The notes beneath the pieces were generated by a model that saw nothing but the letters and a program-made list of their open reading frames with translations, did not search any database and had not been told where the DNA came from. Positions 57,784-64,000 of a DNA stretch of 64,000 bases are shown here, piece by piece. Location of the stretch: positions 39,270 through 103,269 of IMG/VR virus record IMGVR_UViG_3300021168_000001; one strand, written 5' to 3'. This DNA is from a virus. Every line of letters begins with the position of its first letter. Position 1 is the stretch's first letter. A program made the translations under genes and the position numbers.

Positions 57784-58846
57784 CCGGCAACAGCAGCAAC
57801 AACCGCAAGTCGCGCTCATGGACCCCAAGACCATCGGGGCTGAACTACAGAAGATGCGTGGCCAGATCGAGGCCGCTCTACCTCACCACATCTCACCGGA
57901 CCGCATGGCGCGGATTGCTCTCACTGCCTGCCGTATCAGCCCCAAACTCTTTCGCTGCACCAAGGAATCATTTTTCGGTGCCGTCATCATTGCAAGCCAG
58001 TTGGGCCTCGAGCCGAACGTGAACGGCCAATGCTATTTCGTGCCATACAAAAACAAGCATGGTCTTTACATCTGCACATTCATCCCAGGATGGCGCGGCT
58101 ATATGGATCTGGTGTCGCGGTCCGGCCGTGCCTCGGCCTGGACACAGGCAGTCTTCGACGGTGACGAGTTCGATTATGAATACGGGTCGAAGCCATTCGT
58201 CCGTCACAAGCCTGGTAAGTGGCACGGCAATATCAAGGCTCTCACTTACACCTATAGTGTCGGAGCGGTTAAGGGCATGGAAGATTGGCCCATCATCGAA
58301 GTCTGGACGGAAAACCAAATCTGGGAACACCGCAACAAGAACAACAAGGTCGGTGAAGAACACTATTCCTTCGCGCACCCAGAGATGTACGCACGCAAGA
58401 TCCCTCTACTTCAGGTGATCAAATACCTGCCATCCTCGGTCGAGCTCAACACCGCGTCGCAGTTGGACATCGCCGGCACCGAAGGTCGGCAGCGGCTCAC
58501 CATCGATGCCGCTTTCGCAGCTGATTACCTTGGCCCGGAAGATTCAGAAATTGAGTTCCTGATGGAAAAGCTGAACTGGGATAGCGAGAAGCGCAAGGAG
58601 ATTCGCAAGTCCTACGAGGATCGCCCAGACGAGCTCTTGAAATATCTCCAGAAAGAAGCAGCGCCACTGGACAACGGCAAATCGCAGGCCAAAGGCAGCA
58701 AGCCAAAAGAGGACACCAAGCCTTCCGATCCACCTAAACCCGAACAGCAAACGGAGCAGAAGAATGAGGCTCCGCCACAACAGGGTGCGGAACCGCAATC
58801 ATCGATGTTCGGATCTCGGCCGCAACCGGGCAGTTTCAAATTCTGA
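57773..58846 (+). CDS. recT: RecT-family ssDNA annealing protein
   Basis: ALPHHISPDRMARIAL, SQLGLEP..GQCYFVPY, GWRGYMDLV.RSG, MYARK. Confidence 0.92.
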   Translation: MADNRQQQQQPQVALMDPKTIGAELQKMRGQIEAALPHHISPDRMARIALTACRISPKLFRCTKESFFGAVIIASQLGLEPNVNGQCYFVPYKNKHGLYICTFIPGWRGYMDLVSRSGRASAWTQAVFDGDEFDYEYGSKPFVRHKPGKWHGNIKALTYTYSVGAVKGMEDWPIIEVWTENQIWEHRNKNNKVGEEHYSFAHPEMYARKIPLLQVIKYLPSSVELNTASQLDIAGTEGRQRLTIDAAFAADYLGPEDSEIEFLMEKLNWDSEKRKEIRKSYEDRPDELLKYLQKEAAPLDNGKSQAKGSKPKEDTKPSDPPKPEQQTEQKNEAPPQQGAEPQSSMFGSRPQPGSFKF

Positions 58847-59004
58847 AGCGCGATGACAAAGAAGCGGACACACTACGGATCAATGCAGGTACGGTGCCCG
58901 AAATGTGGCGCTAAACCAAATCACGGCTGTGTCCGGTCCGATGGTTCTGGAAAGGCCCAACCGCACTCTGAGCGCGTTACTCAACTGAACGTACAGAGGA
59001 GCCA

Positions 59005-59277
59005 ATGAAGAAGATTTTGGTTATCCATATCCCACTGGAACTCAACGATCTCGAAGACGCCGACTTCGATATCTTCCTCAAGGAATCGAAAGAAGCAGCT
59101 GGCATTCATGTTTGTGTTGCCCGATCCATCAGCGAAGAGGAGTCATATATCGGCAGGCAATTCGAGATCAATGCGGATTACTTCGAGACATCGATCATGG
59201 AGGTCCCCGAGGATCCAGAACTATTAGCTGTTGTTCACCACGGACGAGGCACCAGTGACAGCGAAGCGAAAAGCTAA
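59005..59277 (+). CDS. Acidic hypothetical protein
   Basis: GAGGAG SD; 90 aa. Confidence 0.5.
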   Translation: MKKILVIHIPLELNDLEDADFDIFLKESKEAAGIHVCVARSISEEESYIGRQFEINADYFETSIMEVPEDPELLAVVHHGRGTSDSEAKS

Positions 59278-60595
59278 AACCGATCTGGTACAGATAGTCG
59301 GTAGCGAGATTCCGCCCCACCACCAGTCCACCGTGGAAAAGATGAATTGCCATGTCTTATACGGCGAGGACCAGATCAAACGGCGCCGGCAACCAGGTGG
59401 CATGGAATCAGCTCGCGGTCTTCAGATCCACCGAACTATGTCGCACTATGCGGGGCACTGCAAGGAACGTAAGGTCTCGATGGACCTTGAGGCCTTCGAG
59501 CACTTCCGCCAGGGAGCCGGGCCCCATGCGGCGAAGATCCTCTCCGGCCTGCGCGACGGCTACCAGGTTGACTTCCAGCACCTGATCGGCACAGAGCTCA
59601 ACTTCAGGCTTGACGGGAAATACCGGCCTACGACTCCGCTGGTGAAACTCAAATCGTACAGCACGATTGCACTGAGCACTGATCCTACCGAGTTTGAAGG
59701 CACACTCGATTCGTTGTACGGATTCCCTCAAGAATATCGAATGGTGATCGAGGATTACAAATCTCACCCTCGTCCATTCATGCCCGACGATCCCGACCAC
59801 GTTATGCAGGGCATCGAATACGCGGTGTTCGTCTTCATGCACTTCCCATGGGTCGAGCGGATCACCTTCCGTCTCATCTTTGTTCGCTATCGCAACTGCA
59901 CCCGGGAGACCGATTTCTTTCGCAAGGATTTGACGAAGTATCTCGAGGCCTTGCGCGCCTCGCGCGATCTTCAGAAGTCGATCCACAAAAAGTACGACGC
60001 CGGCGAAATTCTCGAGGCTACGCCCGGCAATCACTGCCTCTATTGCCCACTACTCACACCGCGGACCTGCCCGATCGCGGAATTCAATCCAGCGCTGCAG
60101 CACACCATGGAAGACCGCATGCGCTTCTATCTCTGGTATCAGCAATTCTCAAAAGCCAACACCAAGGTCATGAACGCGCACATCCAGGCGACCGGCCGAT
60201 CGATCATCGTGAAAGACGGCAACGGAAGGCCATACATGTACGGGCCGAAAGAAACTCAATCGAAGGTTTATCCAATCTTCGAGCGCGATCTCGACACGGG
60301 CGGGATTCTGTACGACCAGCAAGGCCGGCCGTCGCTCCCGATCATTGAGCACCTGATGGACCACGCGCATTCCGATCCAGACGATACCGAGTGGATGCTT
60401 AAACTTGTCATCTCTTCCACAAAGATGAACAGCGCGCTCAAGGCCAACTCGCGGGTCGTTCTCGATCAGCAACTCAAGGACGATGTGTTTGTCGTTACGA
60501 AGACGCCGATGAAAGTCACGCGCCCATCGGCCGAAGAGGAAGAGGAAGAAAGGCAATTCGATGAAGAAGACGACGAAGACGAAGACACCGATTAG
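59255..60595 (+). CDS. PD-(D/E)XK (RecB/Cas4-like) exonuclease, probable RecT partner
   Basis: GLQIH, GTLD, IEDYKS, Q...YA, PGNHCLYCP....CP. Confidence 0.75.
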   Translation: MTAKRKAKTDLVQIVGSEIPPHHQSTVEKMNCHVLYGEDQIKRRRQPGGMESARGLQIHRTMSHYAGHCKERKVSMDLEAFEHFRQGAGPHAAKILSGLRDGYQVDFQHLIGTELNFRLDGKYRPTTPLVKLKSYSTIALSTDPTEFEGTLDSLYGFPQEYRMVIEDYKSHPRPFMPDDPDHVMQGIEYAVFVFMHFPWVERITFRLIFVRYRNCTRETDFFRKDLTKYLEALRASRDLQKSIHKKYDAGEILEATPGNHCLYCPLLTPRTCPIAEFNPALQHTMEDRMRFYLWYQQFSKANTKVMNAHIQATGRSIIVKDGNGRPYMYGPKETQSKVYPIFERDLDTGGILYDQQGRPSLPIIEHLMDHAHSDPDDTEWMLKLVISSTKMNSALKANSRVVLDQQLKDDVFVVTKTPMKVTRPSAEEEEEERQFDEEDDEDEDTD

Positions 60596-60824
60596 GCCAA
60601 AGGCACAAATGCGAGATCAGATCGCTGATCTTTACCGGCGCATGGCGAATACCGAGGAGCAGCTCCGCAAGGTGACAAATCTGATCGAACTCGAGAAGCA
60701 GGCAAGATGGTGGCTGAGGAGATTCGCGCCAAGCCAACAATCCTGCGCGAAGGATCTGCGACGGTGGTCAACAACTACAAGCGCAGCATTTTCTGAACTT
60801 CTCTCGGAAAGGTACTCCACGACG

Positions 60825-61295
60825 ATGGGTAAATCGAAGATCACAACACTGCTCCTACTCGCCGCAGTAATCCAGCTCGCCGGTTGCCAGCAACCGATTT
60901 TTCAGAATGGCGCTCATCCAACCGTGCGCTACGGTTACTACCGTTTGCATCCGCATCGATTCTCCTGCAAAGACGATCCCTATTCCTGCAAGGAATGTCC
61001 GGTTGGCAAGCCCGATCGCGTCATTCACCTGAAGCACGGAAACTACCGCGACGTGCCTGTCGAGGTTAACCTGTTCTTTGCCTGCGACGAAATCAACATG
61101 CTTGTGCCCGAGCACGGTCCAGGCGTGTACTCGGATGAATTCGTTTGCCAACGCGAGCCGCAGGATGGGTTCATCGAAATGGGTGGCCATACCTACTCAT
61201 GCGCACAGTCTCCGCAACCAGATAAGTTCAGCCTCGGCACCCTTAAACCCGGCGAGACTAAGACCCTTACCATTCCGATCGAGCCACCAAAATGA
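60825..61295 (+). CDS. Putative lipoprotein
   Basis: MGKSKITTLLLLAAVIQLAG|C lipobox. Confidence 0.55.
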   Translation: MGKSKITTLLLLAAVIQLAGCQQPIFQNGAHPTVRYGYYRLHPHRFSCKDDPYSCKECPVGKPDRVIHLKHGNYRDVPVEVNLFFACDEINMLVPEHGPGVYSDEFVCQREPQDGFIEMGGHTYSCAQSPQPDKFSLGTLKPGETKTLTIPIEPPK

Positions 61296-63229
61296 AAGAG
61301 AGAATCTTAAACATTTCGCGCGAGCTCGCGCTCCCCGTAAATGCTGTTACGTCCACTCTGCTGGTCTACGGCGGCAAAGGGATGGGCAAGAGCACGCTCG
61401 GCACCATCCTTCTTGAAGAGATGACGCGCGTTGGATCTCGCTGGGCCGCACTTGATCCGATGGGAGTGCTGTGGGGCATTCGCCACTCCATCGACGGCAA
61501 AGGTTCAGGCATCGAATGCCTGATCCTGGGAGGTCCTCACGGTGATCTACCGATCGAGCCAACTGCAGGCGCGGTGGTCGCAGACCTGGTGGCCGACAAT
61601 GATGTGAACGTAGTTATCGATATCAGCCGCAAGCCTAACGGCGAGATGTGGGGAGTAGGTGAGCGAATAAAATTCGTCACCGAATACGGCAAGCGCCTCT
61701 TTGCCCGCCAAGGAAGTATTGTCGACGGCCGGAGACGAGATCCTCTTTTCCAGCTTATCGATGAAGCTGCGCGGTTCATGCCACAGACAATCCGCCAGGG
61801 TGAGTTAGAGGTGGCAAAGTGCATGAGCGTTTGGGCGACCATCGTTGAGGAAGGCCGTAACATTGGTCTCGGCGTCGGACTGCTCACCCAGCGGAGCGCG
61901 CGCCTCAGCAAAGACGTTGCGGAACTCGCCGACATCATGTTCGCCTTCCGGACGGTGGGCCCCAACTCCTTGAGCGCGGTCCTTGACTGGCTTGGCGAGC
62001 ACGTTCCCAAGGAACGCATCAAGACCATGGTGGAGATAGTCCGGTCGCTTCCGGTTGGCGCCTGTCTCGCGGTCTCTCCCGGCTGGCTGAAACATGAAGG
62101 CGTGATCCACATCCGCGCGCGGGAGACGTTTGACTCCGGCGCCACCCCGAAAGCCGGCGAGCGCAGCCGCAGGGTGAGCGGTAACGGCGCAAAGCCGGTG
62201 GACCTTAAAAGGTACGCCGAGCGGATGAAGGAGACGATCGAACGCGCAGAAGCCGAGAATCCGGCCCTGCTCCGTTCGCAGATCTCGAAGCTAAAGGCCG
62301 AGAGAGATACGCTCCAGATCAAGTTAGAGACAGCCGCGGTAAAGTTGGACACGGCCGCTTCAATGAAGCCGGTGAACCAGGTACCCGACCCGAAGGCTAT
62401 CGCCGAGCTTCGTGCGATCCTGCTCTCAGATTGCTCACAGGCTCTGCGAGAGAGCATTGGCTCTCGTTTGCTTGGGCAGGTTGGCGAGGCAATTCGCCAT
62501 TTGCATGCAACAGCCGAAAATTTTCAGGCTATCGCCAATGAGGTTGATTCGCCGCGACTCTGGACAGTCGTTCCCCGCCCCAACATTGACAGCGGAATAA
62601 AGGGTGTCCGGCTGATTCCTACGCCTGCCATCCCGGCCCGGCCACAGCCTGCCATTCCTGCGCCTGCGAATTCCAGGCCACTACCCCACGCGAAAAACGG
62701 TCCGATGCCTACAAAGGGCAAATACGGCCCTTCCACGGACACTCTAAACGCCTCTTTTTCACATCCCCAAGTCAGAATCCTTGACGCTCTCGCCAAGGGC
62801 GAATCCATCGGCCGAAAGGCGCTCACCCGGACGTGGGCGGCATTCCTCGCGAGCGCTAGCCCGAAGTCCAGTGCCTACGTCAACAATCTGGGCGCGCTGC
62901 GCTCGGCGGGCATGATTGACTACCCAGAACAAGGAAAGGTGTGCCTTACCGACGCCGGCCGGAAAACGGTTGGCGGTATCCCGCAACCGATGAACGAAGA
63001 AGAGTTGCATGCCGAGATTCTCTCGATGCTTACCAATCCACAGCAGGCCATCATGGGAACTCTGCTCAGGCTGCGCGGGTCCGAACTGTCACGCGCGGAT
63101 CTGGCTCATGCTGCCGGTGCCAGTCCCACATCGAGCGCATACGTGAACAACCTCGGCGCTCTGCGGTCCCTTGGTCTGGTCGACTACGGCACAGGAACGG
63201 TCCGTGCCAGGGAGGATTTGTTCTTATGA
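61292..63229 (+). CDS. HerA/FtsK-superfamily ATPase with two C-terminal winged-helix-like repeats
   Basis: GGKGMGKS, LIDEA, EGRNIG, LTQRSA; duplicated ASPxSSAYVNNLGALRS.G..DY. Confidence 0.8.
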   Translation: MKERILNISRELALPVNAVTSTLLVYGGKGMGKSTLGTILLEEMTRVGSRWAALDPMGVLWGIRHSIDGKGSGIECLILGGPHGDLPIEPTAGAVVADLVADNDVNVVIDISRKPNGEMWGVGERIKFVTEYGKRLFARQGSIVDGRRRDPLFQLIDEAARFMPQTIRQGELEVAKCMSVWATIVEEGRNIGLGVGLLTQRSARLSKDVAELADIMFAFRTVGPNSLSAVLDWLGEHVPKERIKTMVEIVRSLPVGACLAVSPGWLKHEGVIHIRARETFDSGATPKAGERSRRVSGNGAKPVDLKRYAERMKETIERAEAENPALLRSQISKLKAERDTLQIKLETAAVKLDTAASMKPVNQVPDPKAIAELRAILLSDCSQALRESIGSRLLGQVGEAIRHLHATAENFQAIANEVDSPRLWTVVPRPNIDSGIKGVRLIPTPAIPARPQPAIPAPANSRPLPHAKNGPMPTKGKYGPSTDTLNASFSHPQVRILDALAKGESIGRKALTRTWAAFLASASPKSSAYVNNLGALRSAGMIDYPEQGKVCLTDAGRKTVGGIPQPMNEEELHAEILSMLTNPQQAIMGTLLRLRGSELSRADLAHAAGASPTSSAYVNNLGALRSLGLVDYGTGTVRAREDLFL

Positions 63230-63399
63230 GTGATCGACTTCGGATTCGACGAGGATCATGAAGACAATTCCTACGAGGATGAACCGCAAGACCACGGCGG
63301 ATGTTTGTTCCCCGGCGAGTGCGTCATGCCGGGCGAGCATCTTGTCTCCGAATGCGCAACGGCAGAGATGATGGAAGCAATATACAGGGACGGTGAATC

Positions 63400-63630
63400 A
63401 TGACCGACTATGAAAAAGCAGTTCGCCAATTCCGGATTCGGTACCTGCTGCATATTGTGGTAGAGCACCGCGGCAACATTCTGAGGGCGTCGCGCAGCTC
63501 AGGCATTCACCGCAACACATTCAGCCGCATGCTTCAGGCTGGCGGTATTGAACTAAATGAACTGCGCCGCGATCTCAAGACAGGGAGATATTCGGAACAG
63601 CTCGAGGCCGTTATGCATGAGTCCATGTGA
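63400..63630 (+). CDS. Fis-type HTH protein
   Basis: HRGNILRASRSSGIHRNTFSR. Confidence 0.75.
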   Translation: MTDYEKAVRQFRIRYLLHIVVEHRGNILRASRSSGIHRNTFSRMLQAGGIELNELRRDLKTGRYSEQLEAVMHESM

Positions 63631-64000
63631 ATGGCTGAAAGGGCCGAATGGAGAAATCATTCACATCAAGCGCGCCAGATTGCGTGGTCGCAAGCATTGC
63701 AAGTTCTGCGACCGCGACTATCGAAGCGAAGATGGAAAGATGTGCGACTTCCCGGTGGCTTCAGGAAAGACATGCGATGCGGAGATGTGCGGCGGCTGCG
63801 CATGCACGCTCGGCCGGCAGACCACAGACATTGGTCATGGAATGAAGAAACTCAACGATTCGATAGATGTTTGCCCTATACACAGGTCGCAAGCAGTGGT
63901 TCGCGACGGAAAGCTGGTATTCGATGGAACACCTTGAAATGGTGACGAAGTGTATTGATCAACTAAAGCGTAAGACCGAAGGCGAGCCGCGAGCACTGGC

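Noticed and set aside
1-64000. Prophage boundaries / integrase
   Set aside because: No integrase, att site or run of host housekeeping genes is visible; lifestyle cannot be determined from this window.

Overview
The whole window reads as part of a large (>64 kb) tailed dsDNA phage or prophage. An Acidobacteriota-like host is inferred from host-type receiver and Fis proteins; no integrase or att site is in view. Positions 1-23 kb (minus strand) hold head, packaging and lysis genes: a DUF2213 head protease/scaffold, a DUF1073 portal fused to a topoisomerase IB domain and a pyrophosphatase-like domain, MuF, an M15 endolysin, several signal-peptide proteins, TerL and TerS. Positions 25-29 kb (minus) hold the most striking locus. 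A promoter drives an ~830 nt array of structured RNAs, followed by an HNH protein, a Ro60/TROVE-VWA-like protein, a small helical protein and an acyl carrier protein. The array has four Y-RNA-like elements that share one stem motif but carry different cargo (a permuted tRNA mimic, a complete cloverleaf, two short hairpins), a tRNA-shaped RNA with a large insert, and one more folded RNA. Positions 33-64 kb are mostly early, replication, recombination and DNA-modification genes: a TGT/DpdA-like gene with a 93-bp in-frame internal inversion, DUF5131, a clamp-loader-like ATPase, a repeat-rich C5 methyltransferase, an initiator with iterons, DUF932, a WGR-ligase, RecT, a PD-(D/E)XK exonuclease and a HerA-like ATPase. 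Several short peptide motifs and cis-regulatory motifs recur across unrelated genes. All family calls come from motif recognition by eye, not database searches.
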